DNA of 64,000 nt from Eledone cirrhosa (taxonomy: Eukaryota), in assembly GCA_964016885.1 (NCBI GenBank), contig OZ024742.1, forward strand, positions 67,084,001 to 67,148,000, written 5' to 3'. A model generated the notes under the pieces. That model saw nothing but the letters and a program-made list of their open reading frames with translations. It was not told the origin of the DNA and ran no database searches. Position numbers and translations under genes: made by a program. Numbering within the stretch: the first letter of the stretch is position 1; every line of letters starts with the position of its first letter. Of the stretch, positions 1 to 11,229 are shown piece after piece.

Positions 1-901
1 ATTCCCATTATGCCAAACCCATGGCTTCCAAATATCTGATCCACCGAAACTCAGCTGTTTCGGACCATACCAAAATCAACATACTGATTGCGGATTTGGT
101 ACGGGTGATGAGAAACGTGTCCCGCATGTGCAACCTCGAAGAACTAGAGAGACACATACAACTCTTCATCCACCATATGCAGATCTCTCGTTACAATCAG
201 AGAGATAATATCAGAGTGTATAGACGAGCCAGAACCAAATGGGAAAAATGGTAAATAATGACACAAATGGGACCTGCCCCTTGTATAGGAGCAAATGTTG
301 GAATAGAATAGAAAGAACAAGGAATAAGGCTAATAGAATAAACTCATGGTATGATAGCAATAAATACCAGAGTGTAATGTTCATCGATACAACCCCTAGA
401 GGTGAATTAGCTTACAAATTTGGAAGGGCCCTAGATAAACATAAACTCACTAAGATAGTAGAAAGACCAGGTCCCTCCATAAAACACTTATTAGCAAGAC
501 ATACCCTTTTCTAAGACGTCCCTGTATAGATAAGAAATGTATAATCTGTAAACTAAGCCCCCATATTAACTGTAAAACCAGAAATGTGGTATATAGCATA
601 AGATGTACTGAAGGACAATGTAGAGATTAAAATATAGTGTACATAGGTGAGACAGCTCGTAGTATAGGGGAACGGATAAATGAACACTGGCCTTCAAGAT
701 AGTAAAGAATCATCTGTACTCTACCAACATGCTAAAATAGAACATAAGGATAAATTAGAGAACATAGAAATAAAAATAGAATCTACACACAGAAAAGACG
801 CAATGTTTAGACAAATCACAGAGGCAATAAACATAAATGAATTACAACCAAAATTAAATAGAAAACATGAGTGGAACAGCAACATCACAACTTACAATTA
901 A
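1..901 (+). pseudogene. PLE RT-thumb/GIY-YIG ORF remnant (frameshifted, runs off window start)
   Basis: ORF-track pieces 21-254, 239-514 and 680-901 plus the YIGET motif read by hand. Confidence 0.8.
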
Positions 902-1103
902 GGACAAAATGAAAACACACACGCACATAGAAGAAACAACCAACCAGTATCATGTAAATAAACAAATAAATAAACGAATATAAACACACACAGACACCCG
1001 GGTGTAACACATGCGCAAACTAAGCACACAACACACACACAAAAACAAGATGGCGTAGGACAGAACAAAGGAGAGGCACAAAAAACAAAGAAAAGAACCC
1101 CCA

Positions 1104-1146
1104 GTCACTGAATAGGTCACAGAATGTGTGACGAAAGAAGTTTGAC
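1104..1146 (+). ncRNA. degenerate type I hammerhead ribozyme-like motif in PLE-1 pLTR
   Basis: GTCA-CTGAATAG-GTCACA(GAATG)TGTGAC-GAAA-GAAGTT-TGAC. Stems I and II pair; the core deviates from CUGANGA. Confidence 0.45.
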
Positions 1147-1287
1147 AATATATAAACAACCATCTGGTTGTGGAACCAACCAACCAACCGAAAATTTATA
1201 AATTCCTAAATTTATAAATTTATAATAAATTGAAGTGAAACACTAGTGCGTGTGTTTCTTATTGGCAACATGACCCTCCCAAAGTAT

Positions 1288-1318
<31 letters not shown>

Positions 1319-2338
1319 GGAACAAGTATGACCCCGACGGCAGAGCTCAAGCTGTTTCGACGGCTAATTCTGGAGTTTTAGCCTGGTAAATAGATAGCCG
1401 AACTTCTCAGGAGTAATTCCTTATATGAGAAGATAATAATTGTCAAAAGGATTGTTAAGCAATTTGTTGTAAGGACAGATGATTCTATCATTGCATTTGG
1501 TGGGAGGTAGGGGTAGCTGAACTTGCTGGTAGAACAAAGAGGGAGTCGGGGAAACCCAGTCAAGCGTTGAAAGTGAAATCTATACAGCAGATTCTAAGGA
1601 TAGTGTATAGAAGGTCGAACAAAGTGTACTCGAGAAGGGGGTAGGGTGGAAGTTAAAAGAATAGGTAAATCGAAAGGGAGTAAACAAAAAAACATTATAA
1701 AAATAAGGAAATAAATATATAAAAAACAATTTCTGGTTACTACTCCTTCCCCACACTCACCAAATATCATTGGTATTGCTAAGCTATAGAAAAGTTTAAT
1801 AGGTGGAAAAAAATACTAAATACGAGATTGTTGTGAAAGAATGTCATAAAGCCGGCTTTACAGGGGGTTTAACACCACTGCTATAGTTAGTATTAATCAG
1901 CCAATGCTATCTTACAATGACAAGTTAATAAGTTGAGAACAAAAATCCTCAAATACTACTTCAAAAATACTAATAAGAAATATTAATTCAGAATACTCAT
2001 ACAGAAATACTAATACAAGAATACTAATACAAAAATACCACTAAGAAATTTAGAAAACACAGAAATGGAGCATCAACCAGAAAGAAAACAATTTACTGGG
2101 GTCTAACACATCTGCTATAAAAACCGTAATCGGCCAATTCTATCTTATAATTAGGGTGGTGTGTGTACTAGGCTACAGAGGACTGATGGGCTGCATCGGG
2201 GTAGGCGAAAAGGTGAAAAAAAGACTAAGAAGGAGATCTGGGTGGGAAGGACTAGGAAAATTTAAAAAAGTTACGTCTACCATTGTAAGCAGGGGCTACT
2301 CCTTACAAAATCGGTAAGTGGGGTGTTTCAGCCCTTGT

Positions 2339-4412
2339 CTACTCCCTCGGGTCATTATGGGGTTTGAGGGCGAGGTAAGTCCTCTGCAATCTGTGTTTGC
2401 ATGCAGTTACCAGTTCGTCTTTCTTGTTTAGGAGTTGGTCCTTCGAAAACAGCATATGTAATATTTCATCCGAGCATAAGTTTCACGGACGGCGTCATTG
2501 CGTGAAAGAGTTATCTCTGGACAGTAAGCGCCAATTGAAATTGTAGGTTATATTATTATTTTTGAGGTCCCAGATGTGGACCGAAAGTGTAGAGGCATGA
2601 CGCCGGGCCGGGTTTCGGAAAAGATGTCGGTGTAGGCAGAGCCGGGTCTTGAAGTCACAAGCGGTTAATCCTATATAAGATTTGTTGGAGGTGTCCTTCC
2701 TCACGTCGCACTGGTAGCTAACATTACGATCTCGGCATGTGTTGTTGAGGGGGTAAGGGGATCTATCAGGAGAGTTACACCTCCTGATCAGCTCCCCACT
2801 GATGTCTAGGTTATTTCTTCCATAGGGGTTGAGTTTTTTGTTGTCGGAGGAGACGATGTTTTGTGCGAATGTAGGTGTGGTGTTGTAGGAGTGTTTGGTG
2901 GTGTTTTTGTTGATTATGTTGTGGTAGCGGTGTTGTAGTGGGAAGTGTTTTTCGATGAGCCTAAAGAAGATTTTCCCGATAGGTGTTGTCACCTCGGCAT
3001 CGTGGGGAGGGGTGAACCACGTTACGTTGCGTGAGCAGCGGTGTCACCTGCTGGTTCCGTTAAGGGAAGCTGTATAATAGGATATTTCCTCCCGGAAGCC
3101 ATTCCGCTTGAAGGCCTGGTTGTAATAAAGCGCATGTTCGTTCAATATCTGCTCATTAGCGGACAAACGAGATATGCGGAGGGAGATGTTTTTAACCAGG
3201 TTATTGGTGATGTTTCTGGGATGGTTTGACCGGCGGTGGATGTAATGCAGGTTGTCGTTTGGTTTCCTGTATGGGTAGTACAGATCATTATCGAGGTTAA
3301 GGGTAATGTCCAGGAAGTTTACTCGGGTTAGGGACGTTTGTAGGGTTATTTTAAAACCCCAGTCACGGAAGAAGCAGAATAATGTTTACGGACCCGGTCT
3401 GTACTACTGGGGTTGAAACCCTTTGAGGGTAAGGAGCCCATCATCACGGTACAATCCACCGCCGAATGCAGGAAACATTTCGGTGAGTTTAAATATTAGG
3501 AATAATCCTATAAGTTCTGTGACCTCAGCCGAATCCGTCGCTCCCATACTGACGTCGAAGGGGGAGTCAGGAGCTCTCTTTATCCATTTGGAGTTGTCGA
3601 AAAGTAGGACTGTCCTCCTGGCGTGGAGAATGATGTTTCTTTCCTGGTCGGTGATGGGCGTGAGTGTTTCGGCAAAGTCCAAGGCGGCGGTAAGGAGCGC
3701 TAAGGTAATTGATGCATAGTAACTCTCTATGTCAAACTGGATGAATTTTGTGTCTCGTCTGTCCTCCATATTGCTGAACCATGAGATTACTTCCTGGGTG
3801 TTGACCCATAGTCTAAGTCTCGCGTTTTGCTTAACTTTTGGTATTACGCGGTCTAGGATTTGTTTACCGATTCTCCCTATGTCGGGCTTGGTTAGGTTTA
3901 TAAGTCTGATGGATGGTTTACGGTCGAAGTAGGATTTGTGGTCCTTCAGTTTGAAATAGGGAGTCGGTGGATCTAGGGTTTCAGTGCGGTCGGCGACCCC
4001 AAGGCTGGTGGTAATGTGTTGTCCATCTCGATTTATGGCCTCGATACTTGAATGGTTAGCCTTTTTATAGGTGGAGTTTAGGCTGCTCCTGATCAGTGTG
4101 TGGTATCTGTCGGGGTTGACGAAGTAGAGGTTTTCAGTTTTGTCCGAGTGCGCCATGATGTCGTTGGTGTTTACTTACTCTGTTAATTTGCTACGGAGTT
4201 TTTGTAGGAATCTGTTGTGTCTGGGTTTGAATTTAATGCTCTTGACCAGTTGGAAAAGGTCATTCTCGAAGGGTGAGACCATTAGGTCCAGAGGGGGAGA
4301 TTTGTAGGTATTAAATCCGAATCTCTCCTTGGTATCGAAGTCCTGATTGTAGATATATCTGTCGTAGAATCAAGTTCTCCATCTTAGTCTTTTCGCAAAG
4401 AGGTCGATTTTG
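2339..4412 (-). pseudogene. PLE-2 RT + GIY-YIG endonuclease ORF, disrupted
   Basis: ORF 3404-4156: KDHK, RLIN, FDIESYYASI, SMGATDSAEVTEL, YRDDGL. ORF 2495-2992: CRDRNVSYQC, YIGLT..FKTR, LSVHIWDLK. C-terminal LLNKKDELVTACKH. Stops and frameshifts between pieces. Confidence 0.88.
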
Positions 4413-5417
4413 TATAACCTACAATCTCACTTGGAGCTTACTGTCCAGAGCTAACTCTTACACGGGAGGACGCCGTCCGTGTAACTTATGCTCGGAGGAA
4501 ACATTATAAATTCTGTTTTCGAAAGACCAACTCCTAAACAAGAAAGACGAACTGGTAACTGCATGCAAACACAGATTGCGTAGGACTTACCTTGCCCTCA
4601 AACCCCACAATGACACATCCTTCTTGCCGATTTTGTAAGGGGTAACCGCTGCTTACAAAGGTAGATGTAACTTGTATTCCTCTGTAGCCTAGTACCCCCA
4701 GCCCCCTAATGTTAAGATATAAGTAGCCGATTACGCTTTTTATAGCAGATGTCTTAGACCCCAGTAAATTGTTTTCTTTCTGGTTGCTGCTCCATTTCTG
4801 TAATTTATAAATTTCTAAGAGGTATTTTTGTATTAGTATTCTTGTATTAGTATTTCTGTATTACTATTCTGAATTAATATTTCGTATTAGTATTTTTGTA
4901 GTAGTATTCTAGTATTTTTGTTTTCAACTTATTAACCTGTCATTGTAAGATAGCATTGGCTGATTACTACTAACTATAGCAGTGGTCTTAAACCCCCTGT
5001 AAAGCCGGCTTTATAAAATTCTTTCACTACAATCTCGTATTTAGTATTTTTCTCCACCTATTACATTTTTCTATAGCTTAGCAATACCATTGAGAGATTT
5101 GGTGATTGTGGAAATAGAATAGCAACCAGAAATTGTTTTTTATATATTTATTTCCTTATTTTTATAATGTTTTTATTTGTATACTCCCTTTCGATTTAAC
5201 TATTCTCCAGTACACTTTTTTCTACTTCTATACACTATCCTTAGAATCTGCTGTATAGATTTCACTTTCAACGCTTGACTGGGTTTCCCCCACTTCCTCT
5301 TTGTTCTACCGGTAAGTTCAGCTACCCATACCTCCCACCATGATAGAATCATCTGTCTTTACAACAAATTGCTGACCAATCCTTTTGACAATTACTATCT
5401 TCCCATATAAGGAATTA

Positions 5418-5496
5418 CCCCTGAGAAGTTCGGCTATCTATTTACCAGCCTAAAAATCCTCATGTAGTCCAGAAATAGCTGTCGAAACAGCTTGAG
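5418..5496 (+). ncRNA. HHR-like motif at the PLE-2 terminus (inverted copy at 1346-1413, -)
   Basis: CTGAGAA-G(TT)CGGCTA...TAGC(C/T)GTC-GAAA-CAGCTT-GAG. CTC/GAG stem I in the 1346-1413 copy. Core has A at G8. Confidence 0.4.
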
Positions 5497-5583
5497 CTCT
5501 GCCGTCGGGGTCATACTTGTCCCTATATATATATATATTTTAGTCTTCAAATTTATTATTATTACTATTATTATTATTATTAT

Positions 5584-5919
<336 letters not shown>

Positions 5920-5974
5920 CGTTTCTGAATTTGTTTAGCAAGATTCTTTATCTGAAATCGTATGTTGAAACCGA

Positions 5975-6452
<478 letters not shown>

Positions 6453-7055
6453 CAAAGTTGTGTGTGAGGAAAAGAGAATGGATGTGTATGTAAGTGTATG
6501 TCAATGTGAATTTGCCATTATAACACGATTGGTCAGTTGCCGTCCGTGCCAATATGTCATAGTCTGCAACAATTCATTGTATTCCTTGGTCAGCTTAGAT
6601 CTGCCATTAAAAAATAGATTATTTCCAGCGGGAAAATCAAATTAGAGATATATTTAATCAAATCAAACACGGTCTCTTCCTTCCCAGTCGAAATGAGTCT
6701 ATTTCTCTATCTCTATAGAAATAATGGTGCGGGTGTACTTATTCATATTTACAACTGACATTGAGGTCAAATCCCTTTAGGGAACTACAGAGTTCGGAGA
6801 CGTTTGTATGATTGCATATTATGAAAGGTTGGCAGTGAGTAAATGTAAAATATGATATATAAAGTACAGTGGTATAATTAAATGTTTAAGGAATAAATGA
6901 TTAGATAGATGGAGATATATACACGTATAAAAAATAAAACGAGAGAGATGTATATCTACGTATGCGTATATACTTGAAGGTACGTATGCGTATATATATA
7001 TATATATATATATGAGGGTGTTAAAGTTTGCTTGAAGCATTGTGAAATGTGTAAA

Positions 7056-7689
7056 ATATGTAGTTTAGAAAGCCACAACAATGCAGATGGGAAATCTCGA
7101 GGTAAGAAGTGAGAAATAGGAGAAAAGTGAAAATGAAAATGAAAACAAAACAAAAGTAGAAGGGTTACCGTAGAGGAGATTTAATCCCAATATTTCGGGC
7201 TCACGCCCATCAACGGGGAAAAAGTTCCAAAAGGGGGGGGGAACAGGCTAAGCTGGAGAAAGTTGTATTGTCGTTAAAACTTAGGAATGCCGTTATGGGG
7301 AAAATTCAAATGAGGGAAATAATTTGCGTGCGCGTGATAGGCTGTGGCAAAAGCTACTGACCAATTGGGTTAAATCAATAGGGTGCGCTAGCGTGTGAAA
7401 GCCGTAAAATATGTGTGTGTAAATATATATGTGTGTGTAACTGTGTGTGTATATGTGTATGTGTGTATGTATGTGAGTGTGTGTGTGTGTGAAAGATAGT
7501 GGGCCGTAGAAGCTGGAAAACAAAGAGTGTGAAAGGTGGTAGGTTGTATAAACATGTGTGCGTGTATAAATCTCCTCTACGGTAACCCTTCTACCTTTGT
7601 TTTGTTTTCATTTTCATTTTCACTTTTCTCCTTAATCTCACTCACTTCTTACCTCGAGATTTCCCATCTGCATTGTTGTGGCTTTCTAA

Positions 7690-7698
<9 letters not shown>
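7056..7698 (-). mobile_element. non-autonomous PLE-like remnant with ~130-bp inverted repeats
   Basis: 7056-7183 and 7567-7698 are reverse complements; HHR-like motif just inside; abuts (TA)n. Confidence 0.6.
7185..7219 (-). ncRNA. degenerate minimal HHR
   Basis: - strand TCC-CCGTTGAT-GGGC(GTGA)GCCC-GAAA-TATT-GGGA; core has 2 mismatches to CTGATGA. Confidence 0.45.
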
Positions 7699-7731
<33 letters not shown>

Positions 7732-7805
7732 TATATATACGGGTATATATATATATATGCGTATATATATATACGTATATATATATATATATATACGTAT
7801 GCTTA

Positions 7806-7865
<60 letters not shown>

Positions 7866-8386
7866 GGCTTAAAAATGGAATGAGAAACAGAAGAAAGCAG
7901 AACATGAGGGTGGGGCGGAAGTTGTCCTCATTAATTGTCTACTGGGGTTCTCGGATATTTCAACGCTTTAAAGACAATATATCTAGCCCCAGAGCGTTCA
8001 ACAACTGCGTATGTTATTTTTAAAACGGAGGAGGGAGAGAAGAAAAATAGAAGAGTAAAGTGGAAAAGAGGAAGAAAAGAGAAAACAGCGACAAAAAAAC
8101 ACAACAAACCGGAGAATGTGTAAGCAAGTGAAGGCAAGAGAATCCAAGACCAGAGCGGTAACAGAACTTAAGTTCAAGACCGTGTGATCGAACGAAAAGA
8201 CACGACTGACCCAAGCATGTGTAAGTGATAAAAGGACTGCTAGAACGTCAGGTGAGGGAAACAATGAGGTGACAACAGAGAGAGGGTGAGTGAAAGTGAG
8301 AGGGAGAAATGGGGAGGAAGAAAAAAATATATATATAATAAAATAAAACAAGGAGGCATGGTGACTCCATCATTACGTTTATTCGT

Positions 8387-8473
8387 TGGTGACGCGCATT
8401 TCGCCACCGATCAGCTCAAGGTTCGATCTGTATCGATCTTGCTCGATTCTGCAATCTGCGGCTCGTCAGAGCT
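8387..8473 (-). ncRNA. type I hammerhead ribozyme with long stem II insert
   Basis: - strand GCT-CTGACGA-GCCGC...GTGGC-GAAA-TGCGCG-TC^ACC. Intact core, near-palindromic stem III, GUC site; stem I weak. Its 3' half is repeated in inverted form at 8502-8557. Confidence 0.65.
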
Positions 8474-8925
8474 TTTTAGTAGCAATGAAATTTTTTTTTA
8501 CCTGATCGATGCCGAAAGGCGCGTCATCAAACAATAAACGTAATGAAGGAGTAACCACTCGTTCTTGTGTTATTTTATTATACTACACTCTGTCTAGCTC
8601 TACACCTCGATACAGAAGTGAACCTAAACATCGAGTGCTCACCCGGGTGAACCTACAGTAACTCCGCGTTACAATCCCTGTATATATATACACACATATA
8701 TATATATATATCTGTGTGTGTATGTGTGTGTGTGTGTGTGTGTGCGTGTGTGTAGGTGTGTGTACGTATCATATGTGTATGTTTATATTTACATTTACAT
8801 ACCATATCTTTAGGTTCGTCACACTGCCATCTTCTCCTGTGTGTATATATGTGGTACTGTTCTGGTCACGTGGTTGAAGCTGGAGCTTGATCACGCTAGT
8901 GTCTTACTAATGTTACAGTGTAAAC

Positions 8926-9420
8926 ATGGCCACTCGGCTAGTAATGTGCACCAAGGAGCAACAAAGGGCAGTGATACAGTTTCACTTGTCAGAAGTTATG
9001 TCAGAGGCTGAAATTCATCGGAGGCTTTTAACATAATACGGTAACAGTACACTGCCACGCAGAAGTGTGTATGAGTGGTTCGGATGAAAAAGAAGCAGGA
9101 CGCCCATCGACCTCCACGAGAAGTTTCAGCATTTCGAGAGCTGGTAACTGCGAACCGGCGAGTTATCATCGAAGAGGTAGTATGGTCTGTGCAGATTAGT
9201 CATGGTTCTGTCTACCAAATCAGTCACGACGAGCTAGGCTTTCATAACGTGCTTGTGAGATTGGTGCCAGGAGAACTTACTGTAGAGCACAAGTGCAAAC
9301 GTGTTGAGGTCTGCCAACATTGAGTTCTGCCGCAATCAGAATTAAGGCAAAGTAGCTTTGAGTAGAATAGTCAGATTGTCCGTAACTATGAGTCAGAATC
9401 CAAATGATAGAGTGGAAATA
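8926..9420 (+). mobile_element. Tc1/mariner transposase N-terminal relic
   Basis: EQQRAVIQF..EIHRR..YG..RRSVYEW and ANRRVIIEEV..ISHGSVYQISHDELGFHNVLVRLVPGELT (mariner HTH plus WVPxxLT-like linker); stops and frameshifts. Confidence 0.8.
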
Positions 9421-9542
9421 TACTAATGCATACTGATTGACATATGTAGTAAAAGGAATGATCCAGCTGCAGCTGGATTAACGCGACGTCAGTGCATTAC
9501 TTTTATATATATATATAAATATGCACACATAATATTACACTA

Positions 9543-9674
9543 GAAGAAGAAGAAGAAGAAGAAGAAGAAGAAGAAGAAGAAGAAGAAGAAGAAGAAGAAG
9601 AAGAAGAAGAAGAAGAAGAAGAAGAAGAAGAAGAAGAAGAAGAAGAAGAAGAAGAAGAAGAAGAAGAAGAAGAA
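9543..9674. repeat. (GAA)n microsatellite
   Basis: Direct reading, pure tract of ~130 bp. Confidence 0.98.
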
Positions 9675-11051
9675 GGCGGCGGCGCTTCGCGTTAGATACC
9701 TGGAATAATCTAATATTACCGAACTCACATATCTATGGTACTGAAAATATTGAAAATGAATAATAATATTCTACCAATGTGCGGCAGCCTGAAATCTGTA
9801 AATATGAAATTTATGAATATCGAAAACAAAATATATTTATAACAAAACAGCCTGTTGTAAAACGTGGTGTATGATACAAGCCATACACATGTCATAATTT
9901 TTCTCAGTTCGGAATTCCATACTTAGAACACCGAACAGTTACAGAAGAAATTGAAGTATACCAGAGAAATACATTCAGACAGAGAAATGGTATATCTCAC
10001 AGACATGAGATAATACGTAAATTCTGTTAATTACTTCTGCAGAGAAAATGTTAGAAAAGAAGATGTAACGTTCATCGCTGTAGTGCCTGTTATGTGGAAA
10101 ATTCGATTACATCCAGAATCCAATAAAATATATAATATCACAACCCAATGCCCCAGCAACCATAATCCTCACAATAAATGAAAAGCAACAGTTGGCAAAA
10201 AAGCAATATCAGAACTTCTTGATGATTACACACACAAAGATGTACGTTTCGTGAACACGTAAATCCGTATACCTGCTGCAAAACATGACCATTTTCTTCT
10301 TTTATGTATCGGGAAAGATACAGAAATATGAATCAATTTAATCGCCAGGAATAATATAGGATATCAACATTGGCATTTTTTTCTATTTTCTTTAATAGAC
10401 TGAATTTGTTATCCAGTTCCACTCGACAACCTGTCTTATGGTTGTATTTATCAGCGTCCACTACATCACCCGCAATTGAACCGGGTCTCTAATCTAAGCA
10501 TAAGTGTACGGTACTCAACAAGCTGAAAGTCTCTCACAGTTTGAAAGGAAATAAAAAAAACAGTCACATATGAATTAAAGAAATCCCCAAAATCAAAAAT
10601 ACCTTTTCAAACACTATTTAATCAACCGTGCAAATATCTAGCCACAACAAAGTTATTCTTAACAAACGGAATGATAATTCACATCACATCAGAGAATGCA
10701 AAGTCAATTATAAGGAGAATCAAGACAAGCTATCAATAACAAAATCGATAAAATTGGATCAATAGAGATCGTTCACAAAACTACGAATAAGCAAACATAC
10801 TTTAGAAACAATAGCTAAATGCAATTGGTCCCGATAATTGGTTTTCGCAGAAGCAAACAAGAACCTTATTGAGCTAAATAACTTAATTTACATTGCGTGT
10901 ATTGCAACTTTTATGGAAAGCGGATGTTGTCATAAAAGAGTATGTTATCTTGTTAAATCTCATCAGAAAAGCTAGGCGCATTAACAATCTAACACAATTG
11001 ATGCACTGAATGAGTGAGAAGAATAAATACATACTCCTCTCATACATATAT

Positions 11052-11229
11052 ATCTTCTTCATTCTCTTCTTCTTTACACGCTCATTCCTGAGAGCGTCAT
11101 GGGGGAAGAGTCCTCAAACACTCCTTCTAACAGGCATATTCAAAAGCAACCGTCCCCAACTGGTCCGGCTGGTTTGCTAAGCGAGATCAGAACAAGCTCA
11201 TGGATGATATCCAACCATCTTACTCGGGG
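11052..11229 (-). mobile_element. RTE-clade LINE 3' end fragment
   Basis: Reverse complement resembles 46060-46210 (AAGATGGTTGGATATCATCCATGAG...GGACTCT.CCCC..GAC.CTCTCAG) and ends in GAAGA repeats. Confidence 0.55.

Larger units (their letters stand above)
1..1292 (+). mobile_element. Penelope-like element (PLE-1), 3' part with pLTR tail; possibly Nematis-like
   Basis: Frameshifted RT C-terminus (HRNSA..TKINILIADLVRVMRNVS), then GIY-YIG endonuclease (CKTRNVVYSIRC, VYIGETARSIGERINEH at ~637-690, RQITEAININELQPKLNRKHEW). Non-coding tail ends in (TA)n at 1293. Clade assignment is from recalled motif resemblance only. Confidence 0.85.
1319..5523 (-). mobile_element. Penelope-like element (PLE-2), 5'-truncated, with inverted pLTR; resembles Hydra-clade C-terminal-EN PLEs
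   Basis: RT and GIY-YIG remnants on -. 1319-2552 and 4413-5523 are inverted copies. (TA)n on both sides. Confidence 0.9.

Noticed and set aside
2480-2500. In-frame TGA at a Cys position in PLE-2 (selenoprotein idea, as in Naiad PLEs)
   Set aside because: The inverted copy has TGT and GGA at these codons, so the TGAs are decay mutations
7948-8010. HHR-like motif on - (TTGTTGA-ACGCT/AGCGT-GAAATATC)
   Set aside because: Two core mismatches and no stem I
10760-10820. FTKLRISKHTLE resembling a LINE C-terminal motif
   Set aside because: Isolated motif with no supporting context
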